Shown: positions 1-10,297, counted from the stretch's first letter. The stretch: DNA of 64,000 nt from Ktedonobacterales bacterium (GCA_025935195.1 JAICVS010000002.1:7246-71245), one strand, 5' to 3'. Translations and numbers: made by a program. Notes: a model not told the origin generated them from the letters alone.

Positions 1-249
1 ACGCCGCGACAGCCGCAACCGGGCATGCCGCCGCAACCGATGCCGGGCGGCTACGGCCCGCCGCCTGGAGCGCAGGGCATGCCGCCGATGCAAGGCGGGT
101 ATGGGCCGCCGCCCGGACCGTATGGACCATACGGACCATACAGCGCACCGCCACAGCCGGGCCAGATGCCGCCCCAGGCTCCCCAGCAGATACCCTCTTG
201 GGAGCAGCAGATCCGCGACCAGCAGCGCAACGCCGGCGACCAGGGGTAA
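1..249 (+). CDS. 3' end of a Pro/Gln/Gly-rich protein (5'-truncated by window)
   Basis: Open frame from base 1 to TAA at 249; PGGYGPPP-type low-complexity tail. Confidence 0.6.
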   Translation, partial: TPRQPQPGMPPQPMPGGYGPPPGAQGMPPMQGGYGPPPGPYGPYGPYSAPPQPGQMPPQAPQQIPSWEQQIRDQQRNAGDQG

Positions 250-316
250 TCCACCGTTTGCTCATGGTGCGTGCCGCGTGGTGTGGCTTTTCCGTGCTGA
301 GGCGGCTCGTGACGAT

Positions 317-733
317 CTACGCCAGTGGCGCGGCGGCATTCAGCCCTTCGAGGTAGGCGACGACTGATGCGGCCGGATCGCCGCCCTGGCGCGCGTGCGC
401 GATCAGCGGGATGCCGTGCGGGCCGGGAACGCGCTCCGCGCCAGGGAACGCCGCGATCACGGCGCGCACCACGTCGAGCTTGCCGAGCATCGCCGCGGCG
501 AAGAGGTCCAGCCGCGCCCCGGCGCTCAGCAGCACCTCGGCGATGTCGCGGCGGCCCATGTGCGCCGCCGCGCCCAGCCCCGTCTCCCAGTCGCCACCGC
601 CCCAGTCCCAGGCGGCGTTCACGAGCCGTGGCTGCTGGGCGAGCAGATCGCGCACGCGATCCAGGTTGCCGTGCGCGACGCCTACAAACTCCTTCACCAT
701 CTCGGGGTCCAGCGCGGCCGGTCGCTCTTCCAT
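317..733 (-). CDS. Small ankyrin-repeat protein
   Basis: AHGNLDRVRDLL, ETGLGAAAHMGRRDIAEVLLSAGA ankyrin-like motifs; AGGAG RBS upstream. Confidence 0.8.
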   Translation of the reverse strand: MEERPAALDPEMVKEFVGVAHGNLDRVRDLLAQQPRLVNAAWDWGGGDWETGLGAAAHMGRRDIAEVLLSAGARLDLFAAAMLGKLDVVRAVIAAFPGAERVPGPHGIPLIAHARQGGDPAASVVAYLEGLNAAAPLA

Positions 734-878
734 CTTCGTCTCCTGTCTGTCGTGTCTCGCTACAGTGCCTCACGTGCAGTATCGCATGCTCGGTGCGCTA
801 TCATCTAGGGGAGCCACACACGCGACAACTGGGGCGGCGGCGCGACGAGACGTACACGTAGAGATAGGTGCGAGAGGC

Positions 879-1646
879 ATGACGAGCGACGGCGAGACCC
901 ACGCGACGGAGACCGAGACCGAACGCGCGGCGGAGACCACCATCCAGCCGGAGACGGACCCATTCCTGAGCCTGAAGCGCGGCGCGACCGAGGTCTATCT
1001 CGTCCGCCACGCCGACGCCCTGCCCGGCGCGGACGAGGTGGTGGGCGGCGGCTACGACGAGCAGGCGTTGAGCGAGCTGGGGCGGCGTCAGGCCATGGCG
1101 CTGGCGGCACGCATGCGCACGCTGGAGTTGGCCGCCGTCTACAGCAGCCCCATCGGCCGCGCGCACCAGACCGCCGCCGCCATCGCGGATGCCGCCGGGC
1201 TGGACGTGCGCATCGAGCCGGACCTGCGCGAGATCGCGCTCGGCCCCATTGGCCCCGACCTCGGAGCAACGCTCCCGCCTGATGAAGTCGCGAAGCTGCT
1301 GCGCGACCGCCTGCGCGAGATCGCGGTGATCGCCGTCACGACGGGCAACTGGTCGGGCATCCCCGGCTCCGAGCCGTCCGCCGCACTACGCGCGCGCACG
1401 CTGGCCGCGCTCCAGCGCCTCGCGGACGCGCACCCCGGCCGGCGCATCGCCGCCGTCAGCCACGGTGGGGCGATCAACGCCTGCCTCGCCGCCATCCTGG
1501 GCATCGAGCGCGACTACTTTTTCCCCGCCGCCAACACGTCCCTCTCGGTCGTGCGCGTGCGTGGCGAGCGTCGCATGCTCTTCGCGCTCAACGACATCGC
1601 GCATCTGAGCGAGGCGAGCCTGCTCGGCTTCGATCCAAGCAGCTAG
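879..1646 (+). CDS. Histidine phosphatase (phosphoglycerate mutase-like) family protein
   Basis: YLVRHA, YSSPIGRAHQTA and VSHGGAI motifs; ATG 879 after GAGG. Confidence 0.88.
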   Translation: MTSDGETHATETETERAAETTIQPETDPFLSLKRGATEVYLVRHADALPGADEVVGGGYDEQALSELGRRQAMALAARMRTLELAAVYSSPIGRAHQTAAAIADAAGLDVRIEPDLREIALGPIGPDLGATLPPDEVAKLLRDRLREIAVIAVTTGNWSGIPGSEPSAALRARTLAALQRLADAHPGRRIAAVSHGGAINACLAAILGIERDYFFPAANTSLSVVRVRGERRMLFALNDIAHLSEASLLGFDPSS

Positions 1647-2458
1647 GTGCGATACCAGAAGCGGTCCCACAGCTCCCAGAACGTCTCGCCGCGCGCCACC
1701 ACCTTGCGCGGGCCGGCGATCTCGACGCCGGTGCGGCCGGCGAAGGCCAGCGCATGGTCGGGCGCGGCCAGCTCCACCGTAAGGGTGATGGGAGACGAGG
1801 GCTTGTACGGCGCCGGCCAGTCGCGCGTGGTCAGCGCGTGGGTGACACGCTCCTCGATCAGCGCGCAGGCGTCCGCGTGGCCGAGGCTGCGCGCGGAGTA
1901 GCGGCCCAGCCCTTCTTTCACCTCCGCCGTCACCACCTTCGGGCCGAGCAGCTCCGTCACCTCGCGGCAGGTGGCACGGTCGCCCGCGACGAAAACGATG
2001 GGCGCGTCGAACGTGCCGCAGATGGCTGCCTCGATGCCAGACTCGCCCACGAGCTGGTCGTTGATCCAGGCGTTATACCAGGCCTCGCTGCTGACGGTAT
2101 GGCACATCACGCCGTCGGGCGTGCCGGCCATCGCGTGCGCGCCAACCAGCAGTGAGGCGTCGCAGCCCAGGCGCAGCGGCTCGATATAGCGGCACCAGGC
2201 GTGGCCCAGCACGTACGACGCGCCGCGCTCCAATCGCTCTGGGATGAGGCTCTTGAAGCTATACGACCCGCCCGCGCCGTGGCAGTCAATCACCACGATC
2301 TCGTCCGCGCCCGCCGCCTTCGCGCCGCGCACCGCCGCGTTGACCTCGCCCGTCATCAGGCGCCGGCCCTCCTCGTACTGTGGCTTACCGCCGGAGACCT
2401 GATCCCAGGTTTCGATGCCGGCGATGCCCTCCATATCCACCCAGATCAGCACGCGCAC
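1643..2458 (-). CDS. M55 family metallopeptidase (DppA-like D-aminopeptidase)
   Basis: VDMEGIAG, IDCHG, GAHA, CHT, VGE motifs; GTG start at 2458. Confidence 0.88.
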   Translation of the reverse strand: MRVLIWVDMEGIAGIETWDQVSGGKPQYEEGRRLMTGEVNAAVRGAKAAGADEIVVIDCHGAGGSYSFKSLIPERLERGASYVLGHAWCRYIEPLRLGCDASLLVGAHAMAGTPDGVMCHTVSSEAWYNAWINDQLVGESGIEAAICGTFDAPIVFVAGDRATCREVTELLGPKVVTAEVKEGLGRYSARSLGHADACALIEERVTHALTTRDWPAPYKPSSPITLTVELAAPDHALAFAGRTGVEIAGPRKVVARGETFWELWDRFWYRT

Positions 2459-2526
2459 TGTGCGGGACCCTTTCTCGCCGGCTGGTGACGGCGGTTCGTG
2501 AGCGAGCGGCGGCGCTCTACTGGAGG

Positions 2527-2937
2527 CTATGAGCTGGTGAGTGCGACGGCCACCCAGTAGAGAGCGGCGGCGCCGCCGTCCTCCGCCGCGGCATCCACCA
2601 CGACGCGCGCGCTCACCAGCAAATCCTGGTCGGGCGCGTCTTTCAGGCCGACGGGCTGCTCCGTCTCGAACAACTCGTCGTCGTCGTCGTCGTCGTCGGA
2701 GATGAACCACTCGCCACGCCGCTCCAACACAGCGCCCGCCGCGGCGAACGGTTCGAGCAGCGCAGCGGTGGCATCCAGCGCGTCGGCGATGCCCAGCCGC
2801 CCGGTACGATAGCGCAGCGACACATCTTCCACGCGCACGGACTGTGGCTCCGGCCGGGCGTTGCGCTGCAAGCCTGGGAGCGTGCGCGCTAGCCACTCGC
2901 CATCCGCGATGGTGAGCTTGGGCAGGAAGATGCTCAT
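2527..2937 (-). CDS. Hypothetical protein with poly-Asp tract
   Basis: ORF MSIFLPKLTIADGEW...; SDDDDDDDE run; same strand as the M55 gene. Confidence 0.55.
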   Translation of the reverse strand: MSIFLPKLTIADGEWLARTLPGLQRNARPEPQSVRVEDVSLRYRTGRLGIADALDATAALLEPFAAAGAVLERRGEWFISDDDDDDDELFETEQPVGLKDAPDQDLLVSARVVVDAAAEDGGAAALYWVAVALTSS

Positions 2938-3360
2938 CTGCACACGGCGTTCGCTCGCCACCACTCCCGGCCACCAGCCACGCGAATTTCCACGGTGCGT
3001 CATCATGCCACCTTCGCCTTCCGCCACAGCCCGCGCGTAGCATCCCACTGTATCATGAGCGGCGCGCCCGGCTGCCTGGCTGCTCCCCGTTCGCGCTCTA
3101 CCTCGCTATCACGTCGCTGCCCATCTCACCTCGGGGCGGATGATCGGGCGTACGTTTACGATCTATACGTGGCACGGGGCGCAATGGTGATAGTATGCTT
3201 GCACACGCCTGCCGTGACCTGGATATGCTACCACGCATGTGATATGCCCGCCAGTCTAGCGCGCGGCGCGCGCAGGGCCATACGCGACGGGATAGCCCGA
3301 ACGGCGGATGAGTCTTCTGAGCGTATAGCGCTTGCCAGAACTGCCCGAAAGTGACCGACT

Positions 3361-4185
3361 ATGCCACCGGCACATACCAGCCATCCCTTGGTCATAGACG
3401 TTATGCTCGCGCCCACGCTGTTGCCGCCGGAAACGCCCGCCCGCCGCGACACGATCCGCGACACGATCTATGTAGCGATAGACGTGGTGCGCGCGACCAC
3501 GACGATCTGCATGCTCTTCGAGTGCGGCTGCCGCCGGGTGCTGCTGGCATCCAGCGTCGGCGCCGCCCGCGAGTCGCGCGCGGCGCTCGGCCCGGATTGG
3601 CTGCTGGCCGGCGAGGTGGAAGGGGCACGCCCACCTGGATTCGATTTCGGCAATTCGCCAGCCGAATTCGCGACGCTCGATCTCACCGGGCGCGATGTGA
3701 TCTGCGCCACCACCAACGGCACCCGCGCGCTACGCGCCTGCGCCGGCGGCCGAGCGGTCTTCGCCGGCTCACTGCGCAACGCGGAGATGCTCGCGCGGAC
3801 GCTTGCGGCGGAGAGGCTGGAGAGGCCGGTGGATGTCGTGTTCGTGTGCGCGGGGCGCGGCGGCCGTCCGGCGTATGATGATACCATCTGCGCGGGCTAT
3901 CTGGTGCGCGGCCTGCGGCGCGCGGTCGGGGATGAACGCATTGTCCTCGGTGAAAACGCGCGTATGGCGTGCGATCTGCTCGCCCATGTCGAGGCGACCG
4001 TGGGCATCGCGGCGGCGCTGTACGCATCCGATGCGGGCCAGGCGGTGGAGCGTATCGGCCTGGGCGACGACATCACCTTGTGCGCGGCGGCGAATGTGGC
4101 ACACGTGTTACCGGCCCTCACGGGCATGTATCTGGACACCGACCTCTACGTCGTGGAAGATGCCGCGCGCCGGCCGCACGAGTAG
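3361..4185 (+). CDS. comB: 2-phosphosulfolactate phosphatase family protein
   Basis: IDVVRATTT, LLAGE, GFDFGNSP, TTNGT, DDTICAG motifs. Confidence 0.88.
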   Translation: MPPAHTSHPLVIDVMLAPTLLPPETPARRDTIRDTIYVAIDVVRATTTICMLFECGCRRVLLASSVGAARESRAALGPDWLLAGEVEGARPPGFDFGNSPAEFATLDLTGRDVICATTNGTRALRACAGGRAVFAGSLRNAEMLARTLAAERLERPVDVVFVCAGRGGRPAYDDTICAGYLVRGLRRAVGDERIVLGENARMACDLLAHVEATVGIAAALYASDAGQAVERIGLGDDITLCAAANVAHVLPALTGMYLDTDLYVVEDAARRPHE

Positions 4186-4342
4186 CCGCTGCGCGGATCG
4201 TCCCGCCGACCAGGACAGTTAGGCCGCGCCGCTCGTCTTGCGCTAATGCGGTGAATATATTCGGCGCGTGGGAGATGCACGGTAAGGGCGCGAGACTGGC
4301 GTATGAGAAGACCACAGGGGATACCAGCGGAAGGCGGCATCG

Positions 4343-5863
4343 GTGTTTACGCGAGATGAGCTACTGGCCGAGGCGGGCGCGGGCGCGATCGGCGGTGTGC
4401 TGCCGCTGCGCTTCGCCGGCGGCGCGGTGGATAGCCGCGCGGTGCGACGTGGGGAGATGTTCGTGGCGCTCTGCGGCGAGCGGACAGACGGGCATCGCTT
4501 CATCGGTGCGGCGGTGCGCGCGGGCGCGGCGGCAGTGCTGTGCGCGCGACCCGACCAGGATGCGCTGGCCCGTGGCGTGCCGCAGGTCGTGGTTCCCGAT
4601 CCACTCGACGTCTTGCAGCGGCTCGCGCGGGAACACCTGCGCCGCCAGCCCGCCACCACGGTGATCGCTATCACCGGCAGCAACGGCAAAACGAGTGTCA
4701 AGGACGCTACCGCGTCGCTGCTCGAACACCTTGCGCCGACGCTCAAGACGGCCGGCAACCTGAACACCGAGACCGGCCTGCCGCTGACCCTGCTGCGGCT
4801 CGATCCGGAACATCGCTTCGCCGTGCTGGAGATGGGCGCGCAGTGGGTGGGCGAGATCACCACTCTCTGCCGCATCGCCCCGCCCGATCTCGCCGTCGTC
4901 ACCGTCGTTGGACCGGAACACCTGGAGTTCTTCGGCAGCCTCGCCAACGTCGCTGAGGGCGAGAGCGAGGCTGTAGCCGCGCTTGCCGCGGATGGCGTCG
5001 CCATTCTCAACGACGACGACACGGCCGTGCGCGCGATGGCCAAGCGCACGCGGGCGCGTGTCCTCACCTACGGGCATCGGCCGGCCGCGGATGTGCGCGC
5101 GCTGCGCGTCTCTGGCGATCCACTGCGCGGACTGCGCTTCACGCTCCTGTATGCGGGGCAACAGACCAGGGTGCGGCTGAACATCCCCGGCGCGCACGCC
5201 GTTACGACCGCGCTGGCCGCCGCCGCGGTGGCGCTGAACCGCGGCATGGCGCTCCAGGCGGTCGCCGCCGGCCTGGGGGAGATTCGACCCGCCAAGCGGC
5301 GCGGCGAGATCAAGCCCGGCCTCAACGGCGCGACGCTGGTAGATGATAGCTACAACGCCAACCGGCAATCGGCCGAGGCCGCGGTCGCCCTGCTGCGGGG
5401 CGCGAAGGTGCCCGCCGGCGGGCGCCGCTGGTTCGTGTTCGGCGACATGCTCGAGCTTGGCACGTATGCACGCGAGGAGCATGCGGCGGTAGGCAGCGTG
5501 GCGGCGGGCGCGGTGGACGAGCTGGTGCTGGTAGGCACAGACGTGCGGGCCACCGCCGAGGCAGCCATCCAAGCCGGTATGCCCGCAAGCCAGATTCATC
5601 TCTTCTCTGCCAGCCTCGCCGATGCGGCGGCGCTCGCGTCCGCCCGGCGCCAGGCGGCCGCTGCTGTGCGCGCGTCACTGCGGGCGGGCGATCTGGTGCT
5701 GGTGAAAGGCTCGCTCGGCGTCGGCATGGATGCTATCGTCGCCGTGCTGCAAGAGCGGGACGAAGACGGGTGCGAGGCATCCCATGCGGCGGCTGGTGGC
5801 GATGCTCATGCGCATGAGCCGGCACGCCAGACGGATCACACCGCGACCAGGCGCGTCCGCTAG
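4343..5863 (+). CDS. murF: UDP-N-acetylmuramoyl-tripeptide--D-Ala-D-Ala ligase
   Basis: DSR, DGHRF, ITGSNGKTSVK P-loop, LEMG, DDSYNAN, GDMLELG, LVKGS. Confidence 0.93.
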   Translation: MFTRDELLAEAGAGAIGGVLPLRFAGGAVDSRAVRRGEMFVALCGERTDGHRFIGAAVRAGAAAVLCARPDQDALARGVPQVVVPDPLDVLQRLAREHLRRQPATTVIAITGSNGKTSVKDATASLLEHLAPTLKTAGNLNTETGLPLTLLRLDPEHRFAVLEMGAQWVGEITTLCRIAPPDLAVVTVVGPEHLEFFGSLANVAEGESEAVAALAADGVAILNDDDTAVRAMAKRTRARVLTYGHRPAADVRALRVSGDPLRGLRFTLLYAGQQTRVRLNIPGAHAVTTALAAAAVALNRGMALQAVAAGLGEIRPAKRRGEIKPGLNGATLVDDSYNANRQSAEAAVALLRGAKVPAGGRRWFVFGDMLELGTYAREEHAAVGSVAAGAVDELVLVGTDVRATAEAAIQAGMPASQIHLFSASLADAAALASARRQAAAAVRASLRAGDLVLVKGSLGVGMDAIVAVLQERDEDGCEASHAAAGGDAHAHEPARQTDHTATRRVR

Positions 5864-6246
5864 CCTTGTGCGTCGGCGGTAGGCCGGTCCATCGGCAGGG
5901 CAGCGGCCTCCCACTCCTCAGTGCCGCCCTCTACATTGTGGACCCGTGTCACGCCCTGCCGCGCGAGAAAGCGCGCCGCCGCGTAGCTGCGCTGCCCTGA
6001 ATGGCAGATGAAGAACACGTCGCGGTCGCGGGGAACTTCCTGATAGCGCGCACGCAGCTCGCTCAGCGGAATGCTCACGGCGCCCTGCGCGCGGCCCTCG
6101 GCATATTCCCACGTCTCACGCACATCAATCAGCGCGGGCGCCGGATGCGCGGGCGCATCCGACAGTCGCGCCCACGCCTCACACACGGTGATCGAGCCGA
6201 TCGGCGTCGCGGCGCTCCCCATCCCGTCCCTCCGTTCCCCTGGCAT
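5860..6246 (-). CDS. Single-domain rhodanese protein
   Basis: LIDVRETWEY, FICHSGQRS active loop, NVEGG; GGAGG RBS; alternative start 6222. Confidence 0.88.
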   Translation of the reverse strand: MPGERRDGMGSAATPIGSITVCEAWARLSDAPAHPAPALIDVRETWEYAEGRAQGAVSIPLSELRARYQEVPRDRDVFFICHSGQRSYAAARFLARQGVTRVHNVEGGTEEWEAAALPMDRPTADAQG

Positions 6247-6256
6247 TGCATCCTCC

Positions 6257-6307
6257 TGGCTGGCTTTTGGCTGGCTTTTGGCTGGCTTTTGGCTGGCTTT
6301 TGGCTGG
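6257..6307. repeat. 11-bp tandem repeat (TGGCTGGCTTT) x~4.5
   Basis: Read directly, just upstream of the rhodanese RBS. Confidence 0.9.
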
Positions 6308-6426
6308 CGGCGCTGGCCGCGTCTCGCCGCATATGAGCGGCACATCCCACTGCCTGTGAGGTAGCACGTGACACGCCCCCCGATCAAGAGCATGGCCAGG
6401 CGGCGCGCTATGCTTGATTCCCTTGC

Positions 6427-6455
6427 TTGACACTGTTCCCTGGGAGACATACAAT
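6427..6455 (+). promoter_or_regulatory. Near-consensus sigma70 promoter
   Basis: TTGACA (6427-6432), 17 bp, TACAAT (6450-6455). Confidence 0.8.
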
Positions 6456-6597
6456 CAGCGGAGTATGTCCGCGCGACATCACGGCGCACAAGCGCCTCAG
6501 CAGACATATCCCGCCACTGTGTAGACGACCAGATAGACGATACCCCGTATGACGACACGAGGCACACGCCTCCGCACGATGGGACCAGGATGAGACG

Positions 6598-7170
6598 ATG
6601 ACCAGGAAAGACACCGCCGACCTCGATCGGCCGCACTATTACTCGCAGTTCTGGGTGGACATCGCCGCCGGCAAACGCGATGTCACCGCCACATCCGCCG
6701 CCGAGGCGGATGTGGCGGATCTAGTCGATCTGGACACCGACACGCTGGCCGAGGAAGAACTCCCGCCGCCGCCGCCCGCGCCAGTGGTGAAGCCCGTCGC
6801 CAAGGCCAAGCCCGCCAAGCCTGCCCCAGAACCGGCACGCTCCACGATCACCTCGCTGGCCGATCTCGATCAGCTCATGAAGAGTTCCGCCGAGATGGAC
6901 GACGACACGGTTCCCGACATCGAAGCCAGTGAAATCGGCGACCTGGCTCCCTTCGGGCAGCCGGCGCAGGACGAAGGGCCGGCAATCGTCACCGACTTCG
7001 ACCTCGATCAAGCCGCCGTGGAGCCGGTGGCCGAGGCCGCGGACGAGAATGAGCTTGAAGATATGGACTTCGACGAGGAAGAAGAAGACGAGTGGGGCGC
7101 CCCACGGCGCGGCACCAAGCCGCAGAAGCCGCCGCGCAAGCGTGAGCCGCGCGAGCGGCGTGGCTTCTAG
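6598..7170 (+). CDS. Hypothetical acidic, largely disordered protein
   Basis: Typical codon usage; N-terminal DRPHYYSQFW motif, acidic middle, basic tail; strong promoter upstream. Confidence 0.75.
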   Translation: MTRKDTADLDRPHYYSQFWVDIAAGKRDVTATSAAEADVADLVDLDTDTLAEEELPPPPPAPVVKPVAKAKPAKPAPEPARSTITSLADLDQLMKSSAEMDDDTVPDIEASEIGDLAPFGQPAQDEGPAIVTDFDLDQAAVEPVAEAADENELEDMDFDEEEEDEWGAPRRGTKPQKPPRKREPRERRGF

Positions 7171-7280
7171 CCGCCGTCATGGCGCGACCGGCTGACGAAA
7201 AGCGCTGGGTGAGCTGGCTACGCGGCCGGCTCGCCCATGTGTTTTGCTCCGTTCCCCCATGCGCTTTCCCTAGTTGGGGA

Positions 7281-7634
7281 TCATAGCAGCTTGCGCAGCT
7301 CGATGGTGTGCCCCGGCTCCGTCCGCGCTGCCGCGCCGTCCGGCAACTCCACGCAGTACAGCGCATGCGGCACAATTGGCCCCACCGTCCACGGCCGCAG
7401 CGATCGGCCCACCTGCACAACCGTGTTCGCCTGATCCACGAACACCGCATCAATGCGCATGAACATGAAGAACATGTGAATGCTGTTCTCCGGTAGCAGC
7501 ACCAGCCCCTCGCCCACCGGCAGCTCGCGCCTGAACTGGAGGCCAAGGAAGCGCGACAGCACGGTCTCGGCGACAGCCGCGTGCCGCGCGAGCGTCTCGC
7601 CTGTGGTGGCATTGACGACGGAGACGTAACGCAC
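7281..7634 (-). CDS. DUF192 domain protein
   Basis: RFLGL, SIHMFFM, IDAVFVD, VELP motifs; GAGG RBS before GTG. Confidence 0.85.
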   Translation of the reverse strand: MRYVSVVNATTGETLARHAAVAETVLSRFLGLQFRRELPVGEGLVLLPENSIHMFFMFMRIDAVFVDQANTVVQVGRSLRPWTVGPIVPHALYCVELPDGAAARTEPGHTIELRKLL

Positions 7635-7795
7635 CAGCCGCTACCTCACATTCCCATCTGATGCCCACCGCACGTGGGAGGGCCCTCCCGCGCGCATTGT
7701 ATCCACTCCACGCCGCGCCAGCACACGTCGCCATGTGCGGCGCGTACAATGCGGATCGGCCCGCTCTATCTACACGTGGCGTGCCGATGTGAAGG

Positions 7796-8470
7796 ATGAT
7801 CAGCCGTATGACCTCGCTCGACCCAGGCGCGGCTCCGACAGGCGCGCTCGTGGCCTTTGTCGCCACGCGGACGGGCCGGCTCCTCCTGCGTTGTGGCGGC
7901 CCGGAGCGTTGGCGCCCAGCTGGCGGTTATACCCTCATCCCATGCGAGCTGCCGGGCATGGCGGTGCCCATCAGTGCGGACGTGGCTGACCCAGCGGAGT
8001 GGATTGCCAAACTTGCCCATCGGCTGCTGGGCGCGGATGCGTGCGTGCAATCCAGCGCGGTGACGTACGGCCCTTCGCCCGCGCACCGCATCGATCGGCT
8101 GCCATCGAGCGACGAGGACATCCTGCCGCTGCTGCGGCTCGCCCGGCTGGCTCCGGCAAGCGCCAATTATGAGGCCGCGCGTGAGCAGATGGTGCGCGTC
8201 TACCTCGCCGCGATTCCGGCTCAGTCGCGCTCCCTGGCTGTGCTCGGCGCGTGGCTCTGGCTCGGTGCGGATGGCCTGCGCTACGCCATGCGCGGCCTGC
8301 CCTTCACAGAGCTGCTAGCGATGCCACACGCCGAGTGGCATACGCCTCCGGCGACGCCGCTGCCCGACGACGCTTTCGCGTACATGCCGTCGGAGTATGG
8401 CGAGCGCCACCTGTTGCGCATCCTCGCCAAGTACGGCCACGCCGCCCTGTTTCAACCCAGCCCGGTGTGA
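7796..8470 (+). CDS. Hypothetical protein
   Basis: 224-aa ORF filling the gap between neighbours; no motif recognised. Confidence 0.55.
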   Translation: MISRMTSLDPGAAPTGALVAFVATRTGRLLLRCGGPERWRPAGGYTLIPCELPGMAVPISADVADPAEWIAKLAHRLLGADACVQSSAVTYGPSPAHRIDRLPSSDEDILPLLRLARLAPASANYEAAREQMVRVYLAAIPAQSRSLAVLGAWLWLGADGLRYAMRGLPFTELLAMPHAEWHTPPATPLPDDAFAYMPSEYGERHLLRILAKYGHAALFQPSPV

Positions 8471-8483
8471 GGAGAGCGCCTCA

Positions 8484-10295
8484 TCAGCCGCCCAGACAAC
8501 TGCCCGTGGTGAAGCTGAGGATGGCTGGCTGCCCGGCATCCGTGCTTTGCGCGCTGAACTGCACCTGCCCGCTGTGCTCCAGAAGTCGTGAGTTGTTCGT
8601 CACCGCGATCGTCACCGACTTGCCGCTGCTGATCTTGCCGTTGTTGGGGCTGAGACTCACCTCTGACGAGCCGAAGGATTTGGGCACCGTCGAGCGCCAC
8701 TGCACACTGTGCGGTCCGTTGTTGGTCAACACCACGGTCGTCGAGCGCCCGTCGCCGCGGCAGTCGAGACTGATGCTGCTCGGCGACACGTTCAGCCAGT
8801 CAGTCGGGAACGGCGTCGCCGTCGGCTCAGGCGTCCCGGTTGGCAGCGGCGTCGCCGTGGCCGCCGTCCTTCCCACTCCCGGCGCGGACCCGCCCGTCCG
8901 CGTGCCCGCGAACGATGCCACCACATTGTAGGCGGTCGTCGCCAGCAGGATCGTCAGCACGAGCGCAAGCAGGCCCAGGCCCATTGGCACGATACCCAAG
9001 CGCTTACGCGGCTCGCGCCCCCCGTCGCCCCGCCCGCGCGACGGCAGCGGCCACTGTGGAGCGCCGCCATACGGGCGCATGCCGGTGTCAAAGAGGGTCG
9101 GCGCATCCGGCGTTGTATTGAGGCGCGTCGCCTCCAGTGTGGAGCTGGCCGCCGGCGGGGGTGAGGTCAGCGCCGTGTGTGGACGTGTCAGCGGCCGTGT
9201 GCCGGATGGCGCCAGGCGACCCGATGGCGTTGGACGAGCGGATGAGAACGAGCGCGCGGACGACGATGGGCGCCCAGAAAGCGACGGGCGGCCGGATGGC
9301 GCGATGCTCCGCGCCAGGCCCCATCCCGCCGCGACGGCAGGCTGCGACCGCGCCAACACCGCGCCCAGCGTGCGTGTCCGCGCGGCATCGCGCAGCGCCC
9401 GCGCGAACTCAGTCGCGCTGGCCGGCCGCTCCGCTGGATCCTTGGCCATCGCCCAGAACAGCGCCTCCTCCACACGCGCTGGAATCTCCGGCCGTGCCGG
9501 ACGCAGCGGGCGGGGTGGTGAGAACAACTGGCTCGCCAGCACTGTGGTCAGGTCTTCGCCGCCGAACGGCGTGTACCCGGCCAGCATCACGTACGCGACG
9601 ATGCCGAGCGCGTAGATGTCCGTCGCGGCGGTGATCGCCTCGCCGCGCACCTGCTCCGGCGCCATGTACTCCGGCGTGCCCATCGCCGTACCCATCAGGG
9701 TCAGCGCCGGATCTCCCGCCACGATGGCTGGCGTCAGCACGATCGCCGGGTCCGCGGGGATAGGCTCGGCCGGCAGGATGGGCCGCGCGATGCCGAAATC
9801 CGCCAGCATCAGGCGTCCGTCTGGGTGCAGCAGCAGGTTGGACGGCTTCACGTCGCGATGCACGATGCCGTGTTCGTGGGCGTAGTCCAGCGCCGCCGCC
9901 GCCTGCTCCACATAGTGCGCCGCGCGCGCGGCCGGCAGTACGCCCTCGCGATCCAGGAGCGCCGAGAGCGAGCCGTCGGCCAGGTAGGGCATGACCAGAT
10001 AGACCATGCCCGCATCCTCACCGAACTCGAAGATCGGCACGATGTTGGCATGGTCCAATCCGGCCGCGGCGTCCGCCTCACGCCGGAACCGCTCCAGGAA
10101 GATCGCCCACGCATCTGGATCGCTCGCCAGGTGTGGATGCAGCACCTTCACCGCGACGCTGCGGTGCGGGCGCTCCTGGCGCGCGAGGTAGACGGTGCCC
10201 ATGCCGCCGACGCCAAGCGGCTCTTCCAGGATGCAGGAGCCCAGGCGCAGGCCGCTGAGTGATGATGGCGACGATGGGATCCCCGGCCCGCTCAT
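8484..10295 (-). CDS. Hanks-type membrane Ser/Thr protein kinase with C-terminal Ig/BACON-like domain
   Basis: LGVGGMGTVY, VAVK, HRDVKPSN, DFG, GTPEYMAPE; TM helix; beta-rich tail. Confidence 0.92.
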   Translation of the reverse strand: MSGPGIPSSPSSLSGLRLGSCILEEPLGVGGMGTVYLARQERPHRSVAVKVLHPHLASDPDAWAIFLERFRREADAAAGLDHANIVPIFEFGEDAGMVYLVMPYLADGSLSALLDREGVLPAARAAHYVEQAAAALDYAHEHGIVHRDVKPSNLLLHPDGRLMLADFGIARPILPAEPIPADPAIVLTPAIVAGDPALTLMGTAMGTPEYMAPEQVRGEAITAATDIYALGIVAYVMLAGYTPFGGEDLTTVLASQLFSPPRPLRPARPEIPARVEEALFWAMAKDPAERPASATEFARALRDAARTRTLGAVLARSQPAVAAGWGLARSIAPSGRPSLSGRPSSSARSFSSARPTPSGRLAPSGTRPLTRPHTALTSPPPAASSTLEATRLNTTPDAPTLFDTGMRPYGGAPQWPLPSRGRGDGGREPRKRLGIVPMGLGLLALVLTILLATTAYNVVASFAGTRTGGSAPGVGRTAATATPLPTGTPEPTATPFPTDWLNVSPSSISLDCRGDGRSTTVVLTNNGPHSVQWRSTVPKSFGSSEVSLSPNNGKISSGKSVTIAVTNNSRLLEHSGQVQFSAQSTDAGQPAILSFTTGSCLGG

Positions 10296-10297
10296 AA

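Noticed and set aside
6257-6307. Possible CRISPR array at the short tandem repeats (also 41923-42012, 49603-49661)
   Set aside because: Units are contiguous with no unique spacers, and no cas genes are present
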